A DNA stretch of 64,000 nt from Planctomycetota bacterium (lineage in GTDB: Bacteria; Planctomycetota; JACOTG01): assembly GCA_016178505.1 (NCBI GenBank), contig JACOTG010000190.1, positions 16,939-80,938 on the forward strand, read 5' to 3'. The notes below the pieces were generated by a model that saw nothing but the letters and a program-made list of their open reading frames with translations, made no database searches and was not told the origin of the DNA. Positions 45,501 to 54,248 of this stretch are shown piece after piece. A program made the translations under genes and the position numbers. Position 1 is the stretch's first letter, and each line of letters starts with the position of its first letter.

Positions 45501-45784
45501 CCGCTCGCCTGCGCCTTCGCCCGATCCTCATGACCGCGCTCGCGTTCATCCTGGGAGTCTTCCCGCTCGTGCACGCGACCGGCGCTGGGGCGGCGAGCCG
45601 CCAAGCCATCGGCGCTGCGGTTTTCTACGGCATGATCGGGAACACTCTCCTCGGCCTCGTCTTCACGCCGGTGCTCTACGTGGCAATCACGGGCACGTCG
45701 GAGAAGTTGTTCAAGCGACGGAAACCCGCGGCGGTGACGCCAGACGTGAATGCCGGTGCCCCGGCCGTTCCCGCTCACGCATAG
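42596..45784 (+). CDS. RND multidrug efflux permease (HAE1/AcrB family)
   Basis: Track ORF is over-extended to 42140. ATG 42596 gives the canonical [55 protein letters not shown]. 1062 aa with the 12-TM architecture pattern. Confidence 0.95.
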   Translation: [1062 protein letters not shown]

Positions 45785-45916
45785 GTCCGCCTCGCCGATC
45801 CGGACGCATGAACGTCGTCACGAACCTGCGCGACGATGCGCTCGGCCCACGAGCTACGACGCTCCATCCGTGTCGTGACGAGGCTCTGGTGCTTCAGTGA
45901 AGATCGTGCGGATCTC

Positions 45917-46441
45917 CTAGGGCACGTCCACCGTGTCGTAACCCAGAACGTCGAACCGGACCAAGAATCCGGACCCGCCCTCGAGCGTGATGTCGACGGT
46001 GCTTCCAGGTTGGTAAGCGATCCCGCCGCTCAAGTGATCCTCCGCGACGTCCGTCACGTTCGGGTCGGTCGCACGTACGAGCCATCGATCGCCACCGGGC
46101 CCGGTGAGCTTCGCAGAGAGGTTTCCACCGGAGGTGTAAGCGCCGGCTGCGATGTCGACGCGGATATCGGTCACGATGAACACACGACCGACCGGAACCG
46201 TGTACGCCGTGCCTCCGAGAGTGCCGTCTCGACCTCGCTCGCGGAGCGAAACCGTGTAAGTGCTCCCTTGCGCCGGGGCGACGAAGCTCAGGCTCTTGAG
46301 GTTGGGCTCCTTGACGATGAGATGCGTGCGACCGCTCAGTCCCGGACTGCTGCCGGCCTTCACGATCGTTGCCTGTCCGATCAACACGCCCGCAGCAAGG
46401 CACAAAGTGGTGAGTCCGACGAAGACGAAGTTTCGGCGCAT
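45917..46441 (-). CDS. Hypothetical small secreted protein
   Basis: GGAGAT SD and signal peptide MRRNFVFVGLTTLCLAAGVLIGQA. Beta-rich sequence. No family recognised. Confidence 0.6.
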   Translation of the reverse strand: MRRNFVFVGLTTLCLAAGVLIGQATIVKAGSSPGLSGRTHLIVKEPNLKSLSFVAPAQGSTYTVSLRERGRDGTLGGTAYTVPVGRVFIVTDIRVDIAAGAYTSGGNLSAKLTGPGGDRWLVRATDPNVTDVAEDHLSGGIAYQPGSTVDITLEGGSGFLVRFDVLGYDTVDVP

Positions 46442-46646
46442 GACGAATCTCCAAGAAAGAGAAGGGTCGAAGTGAACTCTCTCCGAACAGGGCTTCCGGA
46501 TGCGACTCGCACTCTATCCGGAGCGCAGTGAACGAACAAGAGCGGATCAACTCGCTCCATCGACGAGCCCGAGCCGTCGACTCCCCTGCAGCACGGGCGA
46601 TTTCACCGGCGACCGACGCGCCGTCAGACCTCGGCGCCGGCGCGAC

Positions 46647-47336
46647 TCAGCGTTCGATGGATTCGTGCTCTCGGCTCGAGTAGGCGACTTGGAGCGAGAC
46701 GAGTCGAGCGATGAGGACGGCGACGTAGATCTGGCCGGCGAGTGCCTCGATCGCGGAGAGCGCCCGGGCTGGACCGGTTCGCGCGGTAACGTCTCCGAAC
46801 CCGACCGTCGTCAGCGTCGTGAAGCTGTAATAAGTGAGCTCGAACACCTCGCCCACTTGTCCTGACGAAGGCGTCGCGCTCCCCGGGCGACTCGGCGCAA
46901 CGACAAACGTGCCGGGCTCCGCCAGCTCGAGGATCGAGTACACGAACGCCCACGTGAGCCCGATCAACAAGTAGACGCAGACCGCGCCGTAGAGCTTGTC
47001 AGCCGTCACTCTCTCGTCTTTCACCACGTGGGCGAGGATGCGAGCTCCCGTCACCGCGAAGAACAGCGCCATCGCCGCGCGCGACCCGAAGACGAACTCG
47101 ATGTTTGCCGTGGTGACTGCAAGGACGAGAGTAATCACGGTCAGCGCGGCGAGAGACAACGCACCGATGAAGACGTGCCTCTGGTCGCTCGTCGCGAGAA
47201 TGCCGGCGACGAGGATCGCGGCGAGAAAGACGCCGAGCGCAAGGACGCCGATCGGGTGATTCTCGACGAACGGGGCGATCCCGAAGGCGAGCAGCAACGA
47301 GATGAGCAGGAAGATGAATCTCCAATTGCGCCGCAT
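46647..47336 (-). CDS. Potassium channel (pore-loop TVGFGD) membrane protein without a cytoplasmic gating domain
   Basis: ATG 47336 gives MRRNWRFIFLLISLLLAF.. with several TM helices. Selectivity filter: YYSFTTLTTVGFGDV. Final TM: ALSAIEALAGQIYVAVLIARLV. Confidence 0.8.
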   Translation of the reverse strand: MRRNWRFIFLLISLLLAFGIAPFVENHPIGVLALGVFLAAILVAGILATSDQRHVFIGALSLAALTVITLVLAVTTANIEFVFGSRAAMALFFAVTGARILAHVVKDERVTADKLYGAVCVYLLIGLTWAFVYSILELAEPGTFVVAPSRPGSATPSSGQVGEVFELTYYSFTTLTTVGFGDVTARTGPARALSAIEALAGQIYVAVLIARLVSLQVAYSSREHESIER

Positions 47337-47583
47337 CGTCACGCCGCCCCGAATCGAAGGATCGAATCCAGCCCCGTCGTTGCCGGCGGATGATGCGATT
47401 CTCGGCCGAGCTTGGCTAGCGGCCGCTCCCGAGAAAATCGTCCTCGCGGCCGACGCGGCACCCATCGGCCGATTCGTCCAGTTCGGTGACGATCGCGTTG
47501 CGGTTCGCAGTCAGATCACGAAGAGCCGGTCGGCGCGTCGAATTCGTAGCCGCTGCGGGGGTCGTCCCGTTTCGTTCGCTCCG

Positions 47584-48804
47584 TCAAAGATGGACGAGGT
47601 AGAGCCCGCGCGTCGAGTCCTGGAACCGCACCTCGATCAGCAAGAGGTTGCCTTCCTTGTTTTGCTGACGGCAGAACGGATCGTCGACGACTCTTCCGTC
47701 GAGGACATCGCTCTTCTTCAAGATCGAACGGATGACTCCGCCTTGCGCGGTGAAGAGGCCGGTCCTCGAGCCGGACCAGAAGCCCGAGAACACGGTCACG
47801 CCGCCTTCGTAGGCGATCGGATTCGAGATGCCGCCGAAGTTCGCCGTTTCGCCGGGCACTCGGGTCGACGTATCGACGAGCACGCGCAAGTCGGATGGTG
47901 ACGTGCCGGCATAAAGCGCCGCGGCATTTCCGGCGTTGCGTCCCACGAAGGCGACCTCTCCGCCGTCCCAATCGACGCCGGCGAAATTGTTGAACGAACC
48001 GGTGCCGCCGGGAACCGGCGTCGCGCGGTCCGCCACGAGATGCGGTCCCAGTCCGTCGTTGCGAATCGTGTAGATGCCGGCGACGGCGCCGCTCGTGTTG
48101 GGGAGGATCTCGGTGAACAGCAGCCCTCGGCCGCGAATCGAGATGTCCTGATCGTAGCCGACGATGGTGCCGCCGCTCGGCGAAGGAGTCGTCGTGTCGA
48201 GAACCACCAGGGGCTGTCCGATCCTCCGAAGCGCCATGATGGACTCGCTGTGATTGTGGATCAGGTCGACCCGATTCACGCCGCCCGCAACGGCAACGAC
48301 TCCACCTTCGACGTCGATTCCGTGAAAGCAATGCTGCGGCGATGAGAGGCTCGTGGCTATGGCGACGATCGCACCGCCTTGGAACCGGCGAGCGAAAATC
48401 CCTTCCGAGCCGGCGAAGGCACAGCCGCCGCCCGGCCCCGGCCATCCGGCGGTGAACGCGGCGTACGGCCCGTCGATCGCCACGTCGAAAAAGACCGTGA
48501 ACGTGCTGGCGGTACCCGGCACTCCGGTGTGTGTATCGGCGACGACGCTCAGCACACCGTTCTGAAAGGAATAGACTCCCGACCCGGATGCCGAGTCGTA
48601 GGCGATGAAGGCGACCTTTCCTCCTTCGAGGGCCCGCGAATCGGCGAACAGGGTGAACGTTCCGCTCCCACCCGGAACCGCGGTCTGGGTGTCGGCGATG
48701 CGCGTGAACGTGGGAGGAACTCCCTGGCCGAACGCAGCCGTCGAACACGACAGCAGCGAGGCGACGGCGACGAAGGGGGCGAGGGATCGGCGTCGAGTGA
48801 ACAT
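47584..48804 (-). CDS. Secreted beta-propeller-like repeat protein (G..VAF.A family)
   Basis: ATG 48804 with AGGAGG upstream. Signal peptide MFTRRRSLAPFVAVASLLSCSTAAFGQ. Repeats are of the type T.VPGG.G.F..F....(L/I).GG.VAF.(A/G).....G(V/I)Y. Confidence 0.8.
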   Translation of the reverse strand: MFTRRRSLAPFVAVASLLSCSTAAFGQGVPPTFTRIADTQTAVPGGSGTFTLFADSRALEGGKVAFIAYDSASGSGVYSFQNGVLSVVADTHTGVPGTASTFTVFFDVAIDGPYAAFTAGWPGPGGGCAFAGSEGIFARRFQGGAIVAIATSLSSPQHCFHGIDVEGGVVAVAGGVNRVDLIHNHSESIMALRRIGQPLVVLDTTTPSPSGGTIVGYDQDISIRGRGLLFTEILPNTSGAVAGIYTIRNDGLGPHLVADRATPVPGGTGSFNNFAGVDWDGGEVAFVGRNAGNAAALYAGTSPSDLRVLVDTSTRVPGETANFGGISNPIAYEGGVTVFSGFWSGSRTGLFTAQGGVIRSILKKSDVLDGRVVDDPFCRQQNKEGNLLLIEVRFQDSTRGLYLVHL

Positions 48805-49064
48805 CGAATGGCCTCCTGGCTCTCCGAGGAAAGAAGGAGTGGAAAGGCGTTTCCCCCTTTGTCCCTCTGGACACGACGCGTCCGCAAGGACCGACTCCTC
48901 GAACGCCGGAACATGAACGGACGCCGCCGCCACGTTCACTGCGCGCGGGACGTCGCCGTCGATCGGCAAAACGGCGTGGCGCGTGAGTTCGAGTCCGCGT
49001 AGAGTGATTCCGCATCGGGAGCCGGATCACGGTGAGAATCGGTCGCCTAAACGGGAGTGACACC

Positions 49065-51659
49065 ATGCGGGACATTCTGATGAGAGGGCTAGGAGTTCGC
49101 GGCTTCGTGCTCGGCGCCAGCGTCGCCGCACTGTCTTGGTTGGCGCTTCCGAGCGCGGCGCACGCGCAAGTCCGTCGGCTTCCGGGAAAGCCCCGCGCCG
49201 GCGACACCACTCCGCCGAGCGTGCCGACGAATCTCCAGGCCTCCGACGTCACCTTCAATTCGGCGACGCTCGAGTGGACGGCGAGCACCGACGATCGCGG
49301 CGTGGCTGGTTACTTCGTGTTCCGTGACGGCGGCCAGGTCGTCACCACGACGTTGACACACTACACGGATCACAACCTCTCGCCCGCGACCACCTATGCC
49401 TATGCCGTTGCCGCCGTCGACGCAGCCGGCAACGTCTCTGCGCCGAGCAGCCCGCCCGTGAGCGTCACCACGGCGACGGGGCCGACAGGGGCGACCTACC
49501 CGCTCAAGGTGAGCGCCAACGGTCGCTACCTCGTCGGCCAGAACGACGTGCCCTTCCTCATGACCGGCGATTCTCCGCAGGCGCTGACCGTGAATGTCTC
49601 GGAAGCCGAGGCGGACGCGTTCTTCGCCGATCGCGAAGCGGCCGGATTCAACACGGTATGGGTCAACTTGCTCTGCGCCACGTACACGGGCGGACGCGCC
49701 GACGGGAGCACCTTCGACGGAATCGTCCCGTTCACCACGCCCGGGGACATTTCGACGCCGAACGAAATCTTCTTCGCCCGCGTCGACCACATGCTGAACC
49801 TCGCGGCGCAGCACGGAATCGTCGTCTTGCTCGATCCGGCCGAGACGGGGAGCTTTCTGAGCGTCCTTCTGAGCAACGGCATGACCAAGTCGCGGAACTA
49901 CGGCCGATACCTCGGCACTCGCTACCGGAATTTCGACAACATCATCTGGATGAGCGGAAACGACTTTCAAAGCTGGGAAAATCCGGGCGACGACGCGGTG
50001 GTGCAGGAGGTCGCGCGTGGAATCCAGGACACCGACGACCGACACATACATACCGTGGAGCTCGACTATCTCGTCAGCGGCTCACTCGACGACCCGAGCT
50101 GGAGGCCGATCATCCAGCTCAATGCGTCCTACACCTATTACCCGACCTACGCACAGGTGCTCGCGGACTACAACCGCCCGAACGCGCTGCCGACCTTCAT
50201 GGTCGAAGCGAACTATGAGTTCGAGCACAACGCCGCGGACCTCGGTACCCCTCAGATCCTCCGGCGGCAGGAGTACTGGTCGCTCTTGAGCGGCGCCGCG
50301 GGCCATCTCTACGGAAACGCCTACACGTGGCCGTTTCGGAGCGATTGGCAGAGCCATCTCGACACGCCCGGCTCCGCCCAGATCGCACACGTGAACGCTC
50401 TGTTCGCTCCGCGGCCCTGGTTCAATCTGATCCCTGATCAGAGCCACATCGTCGTCACCGCCGGCAACGGCACGTTCTCCGACACCGGCAGCCTCGGCGG
50501 CAACGACTATCTGACCGCGGCCCGCACTCCGGACGGAGCACTCGTGATGGCCTACATGCCGACGATCCGGACGATCACCGTCGACATGTCCCGGCTCGGC
50601 GCGCCCGCCTATGCCTCGTGGTACGACCCGAGCATCGGCACCTTCACCCCGATTGCCGGCTCGCCGTTCGTCAATTCGGGATCGCGAACGTTCGCGCCCC
50701 CTGGAAACAACGCCGACGGAGACGGGGACTGGGTCCTCGTTCTGGAATCGACCTCGCTCCCGCCCGACACGCAAGCGCCTTCCGTGCCGACGGGATTGTC
50801 AGCCAGCGGAGTCACCGACTCGGTTGCAACCCTGTCGTGGACGGCCTCGACCGACAATGTCGCGGTCGCCGGGTACCACATCTATCGGGACGGCGCGCTC
50901 ATCCGTTCGACGCCGTCGACATCCATCGACGACACGGGACTGTCGCCGTCGACCGCGTACTCGTATCGAGTCGCCGCGTTCGACTACGCCAACAACGTGT
51001 CGGCGCAGTCCGCGCCCCTCGTCGTCAACACCGCCGGTCCCCGGCCGACCTTCGTCCAGCAAAACTACGCGACGCCACAGTCGCCGCAGAGCGGAGTCAG
51101 TGTGACCTACGCGGGCGCGCAGACCGCGGGAAACACGAACATCCTGGCGATTGGATGGAACGACGAAACCGCGAGCATCACGTCGGTCATCGACAGCGCC
51201 GGCAACGTCTACCAGGTGGGGATGGCGACGTACCGAGGCAGCGGCATGAGCCAGGCGATCTACTACGCCTCGAACATTGCCGCCCGGTCGGCGGGCACCA
51301 ACGCAGTTACCGTGACGTTCAACCAGTCCGCGGTGTACGTCGACCTTCGCATCACCGAATACTCCGGGATCCGGCACATCAATCCGTTCGACGGCGGCGT
51401 CTCGGCCCACGGGAGCGGCAGCAACGCGACCACCGGTTCTGTCGCCGTGCCCGCGGCCTCCGAACTTCTCTTCTCGGCGGGCATGACGGGCGTCTCGTTC
51501 AGTGGCCCTGGGCCCGGCTACACGAGCCGCGTCATCACCCTTCCGGATGCGGACATCGTGGAAGACGCGGTGGCCGCATCGGCAGGAAGCTACAACGCGA
51601 CGGCACCGCTCAGCGGCGGCACGTGGCTGCTACAGCTCGCCGCGTTCCGAGCCGAATAG
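49065..51659 (+). CDS. Secreted FN3 / DUF4038 (GH140-like) + collagen-binding-like domain / FN3 / unassigned C-terminal domain protein
   Basis: ATG 49065. FN3 motifs (TPPSVPTNLQASDVTFNSATLEWTASTDDRGVAGY and APSVPTGLSASGVTDSVATLSWTASTDNVAVAGYHIYRDG). Core: YPLKVSANGRYLVGQNDVPFLMTGDSPQAL..GFNTVWVN..RYRNFDNIIWMSGND and ..DGDGDWVLVLES, as in DUF4038 glycosidase-like proteins as I recall them. Confidence 0.8.
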   Translation: MRDILMRGLGVRGFVLGASVAALSWLALPSAAHAQVRRLPGKPRAGDTTPPSVPTNLQASDVTFNSATLEWTASTDDRGVAGYFVFRDGGQVVTTTLTHYTDHNLSPATTYAYAVAAVDAAGNVSAPSSPPVSVTTATGPTGATYPLKVSANGRYLVGQNDVPFLMTGDSPQALTVNVSEAEADAFFADREAAGFNTVWVNLLCATYTGGRADGSTFDGIVPFTTPGDISTPNEIFFARVDHMLNLAAQHGIVVLLDPAETGSFLSVLLSNGMTKSRNYGRYLGTRYRNFDNIIWMSGNDFQSWENPGDDAVVQEVARGIQDTDDRHIHTVELDYLVSGSLDDPSWRPIIQLNASYTYYPTYAQVLADYNRPNALPTFMVEANYEFEHNAADLGTPQILRRQEYWSLLSGAAGHLYGNAYTWPFRSDWQSHLDTPGSAQIAHVNALFAPRPWFNLIPDQSHIVVTAGNGTFSDTGSLGGNDYLTAARTPDGALVMAYMPTIRTITVDMSRLGAPAYASWYDPSIGTFTPIAGSPFVNSGSRTFAPPGNNADGDGDWVLVLESTSLPPDTQAPSVPTGLSASGVTDSVATLSWTASTDNVAVAGYHIYRDGALIRSTPSTSIDDTGLSPSTAYSYRVAAFDYANNVSAQSAPLVVNTAGPRPTFVQQNYATPQSPQSGVSVTYAGAQTAGNTNILAIGWNDETASITSVIDSAGNVYQVGMATYRGSGMSQAIYYASNIAARSAGTNAVTVTFNQSAVYVDLRITEYSGIRHINPFDGGVSAHGSGSNATTGSVAVPAASELLFSAGMTGVSFSGPGPGYTSRVITLPDADIVEDAVAASAGSYNATAPLSGGTWLLQLAAFRAE

Positions 51660-51796
51660 CGCGACGGCAAGTGCGGCCGGTCGGCGACTGTAGGGCTGTG
51701 GAACTTTGGAGTCATCCCAGTCCACGCGAATCCGTTGCTTGCTGGTCATGGATGGCGCGTCCTCGTCTTGCAACCCTGTGAGCCGCTCAGGCTCGC

Positions 51797-52762
51797 CTAC
51801 TTCGCTACCGGCAGTGGCCATTGGCCGACCGCTCCGGCGAGTTCTTTCGCGTTCATGAAGCCGGAAAGACGGGTGAGTTTTCCGTCTCTCACTTGGACGA
51901 TCGCTGCGCGATGGACGGCGAACGGCTTGCTCGAGGCCACGAGGCAGCCGAGCGGGCCTTCCAGCGTGCCGCGCACGAGGGTCTCCACGAGAACGAACTC
52001 ACCTACCGCCGAGACGGTGGTGATCTCCGAGCGCGCGTCCGGAACCGCGCGGCCCCATGTCTCGAACCACGCTTTCACGTTTTGCTTCCCGACGAACGGT
52101 TGCGGGAGGATCAGCTCGTCGACGATGGCGTCGTCGGCGAGTGTCGAGAGAAAGGCGCTTTCGCTCTTCGAGTCGAATGCCGCGAAGCTCGCCGTCACCG
52201 TCGCGGCGTTTTCGCTCTCGACGGACGAACCCTTCGCCACGTGCGATTTCATCTGGGCCGGGAGCGCCGGCAGCGCGCGCGGCGGGACTGAACCGAGCGT
52301 GCCCATCTGGGCCATGGGCGTCAGACCGTCCAAGTACCGGTGCTCTTCTGCGATGAGGCCCGATGGATGAAATCGGTAGAAGAGCAGGCCTTCGTGTCCG
52401 ACCGGCTGGCGGCCGGGAATGGGGCAGTTGACCGCGTAGTGGACGACGGCCAAGGCTCCCTTTTGCCAGACGTCGTAGAACGCGAGACGCGCGCCCGGGA
52501 ACTCACGGAGAAGTTCGACCTCGTACTGCAGGATGGCATCGCGTCCCTCGAGTTTGCTGCTTCCGTGAATGGTGATGACGGCGTCTTCCGCATAGAGGCT
52601 TGCATAGCGTTTGGCGTCGCCGGCGTTGACTGCGTTCACCATTTGCGTGAATGCGCCGATTTGTCGATCTTCCATTCGCTCCCCATTCGGAGTGATCGGG
52701 ACTCGCGGTGCGCACGCAGCAGCGCCGACCACGGCGAGAACTGCCGAGGCGATGGGTTTCAT
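51797..52762 (-). CDS. Secreted or lipoprotein-like tandem SnoaL/NTF2-like domain protein
   Basis: Track ORF (to 53551) is over-extended through the neighbouring gene. ATG 52762 gives MKPIASAVLAVVGAAACAP. There are two NTF2-like halves (FTQMVNAVNAGDAKRYASLYAEDAV.. and VTASFAAFDSKSESAFLSTLADDAIV..). Confidence 0.8.
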   Translation of the reverse strand: MKPIASAVLAVVGAAACAPRVPITPNGERMEDRQIGAFTQMVNAVNAGDAKRYASLYAEDAVITIHGSSKLEGRDAILQYEVELLREFPGARLAFYDVWQKGALAVVHYAVNCPIPGRQPVGHEGLLFYRFHPSGLIAEEHRYLDGLTPMAQMGTLGSVPPRALPALPAQMKSHVAKGSSVESENAATVTASFAAFDSKSESAFLSTLADDAIVDELILPQPFVGKQNVKAWFETWGRAVPDARSEITTVSAVGEFVLVETLVRGTLEGPLGCLVASSKPFAVHRAAIVQVRDGKLTRLSGFMNAKELAGAVGQWPLPVAK

Positions 52763-52902
52763 GGTTCTCCGTCGAGTGCCATTGGGACGCCCGAGAATCC
52801 CATGGAAGGGGACGAGACTCAATCGACATCGCTCGATCGATGCTCCGCGGCGAACGATCGATGCGGACCCGGCACCTGAACGTCGGATCGAGGTCGAATC
52901 GG

Positions 52903-54159
52903 TCAGACGAACGGCACGTGTGGGAACGACGCGCCGAGAATCGCCTTCGAGTCCGCATGCAGCCATTTGTCGAGGATCGTCGCGTAGACCTCTCGGAAAT
53001 CGGTTGTGAACGCGACGTCGCCGTCCGGGATTCGCTGGAGATCCGGGTGCTTGCCCGCCAGACCCGGCTTGATGTTCTTTCCGAAGACGAAGAGCGGCGC
53101 CGCCTGTCCGTGGTCCGTGCCACCAGCACCGTTCTCGGCGACGCGCCGACCGAATTCGGAGAACGTCGTCACGAGCACGCGATCGATGTGGCCCGTGATC
53201 TCGAGGTCGGAGACGAACGCGCGCATCGTGCGCCCCAACTCTTCGAGCAGTTGCGCGTGCCTCACGCGCTGGTCCGAGTGCGTGTCGAATCCTCCGAGCG
53301 ACACATAGTAGACGCGCGTCGGTAGGTTTGCCGTGATCATGCGCGCGACGCGTCGCAGGGCCTGTGCGAAAGGACTCTGCGGATACTCCACCGCGCTCGC
53401 CCTCGACTCGACGCGACGCAGCGCCTCGGCACTGATCTTCGCATCCATCGAGACGCGCTGAATGAACGCCGCGAGCCGGCTCGCCGGCGTGGGCCATCTG
53501 TCGAGCGCCTCGTGCGCGGATTGGAGAAGCGGATTCTGTCCGCCTTTCCACTCGAGCGAGCGCGGCTCTTCGAACGCCGCGGGCTGGAAGTGGTCGCCTT
53601 GGAGCGCAAGAGGCTCGGATTCCGTGAGCGTGATCGCGCTTTGCGGCGGAAGCCGGTCAGTGCCTTTGCAGGCACAGTCGAAATATCGGCCGATCCAACC
53701 GCGGCGCTCTCGCCCGTTCGGCGACGCGGTCTCCCAGATGTCGGTGCTCGTGAAGTGTGAGCGATTCGGGTTCGGATAGCCGACGCCCTGAACGATCGCC
53801 ATGCGACCGCCATCCCACAGTCGCTTGAGATCGACGGCTGCCGGGTGCAAGCCCACGACCGAGTCGAGACGCAGGACTTCGTTTTTCGCGACCGCGATCG
53901 TCGGTCGCCGCTTCCGATAGACGTCGTCGTCGAAGGGCACGACCGTGTTGGGGCCGTCGTTGCCGCCGGCGAGCTGCACGATGACCAGCACGCGCTCGTC
54001 GGAAACGCCGGGCCGCGACTGAACGAGCGGTGCATCGAGCGGCGAGCCGATCGCCCACGCGAGTTGGTTCACGAACATCGGCACGGTCGCGCCGAAGCCG
54101 ACGAGGGTGAGCCCTTGCGTTAGGAACTCGCGTCGAGTGGCGGGACCATCGGTATTCAT
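52903..54159 (-). CDS. DUF1501 domain protein (sulfatase-like, Tat signal)
   Basis: AGGAG SD. TRREFLTQGLTLVGFG Tat motif. VIVQLAGGNDGPNTVVP, QGVGYPNPNRSHF, GGFDTH, GTDHG. Confidence 0.95.
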   Translation of the reverse strand: MNTDGPATRREFLTQGLTLVGFGATVPMFVNQLAWAIGSPLDAPLVQSRPGVSDERVLVIVQLAGGNDGPNTVVPFDDDVYRKRRPTIAVAKNEVLRLDSVVGLHPAAVDLKRLWDGGRMAIVQGVGYPNPNRSHFTSTDIWETASPNGRERRGWIGRYFDCACKGTDRLPPQSAITLTESEPLALQGDHFQPAAFEEPRSLEWKGGQNPLLQSAHEALDRWPTPASRLAAFIQRVSMDAKISAEALRRVESRASAVEYPQSPFAQALRRVARMITANLPTRVYYVSLGGFDTHSDQRVRHAQLLEELGRTMRAFVSDLEITGHIDRVLVTTFSEFGRRVAENGAGGTDHGQAAPLFVFGKNIKPGLAGKHPDLQRIPDGDVAFTTDFREVYATILDKWLHADSKAILGASFPHVPFV

Positions 54160-54248
54160 CGTTGACTCCTATTTCCATGCGACACCGTCGGCCGTCGTTT
54201 CTCGCTCCTCTCGAGTGGTTCACCGACAGCTTCGCCAACGACGCCGGG

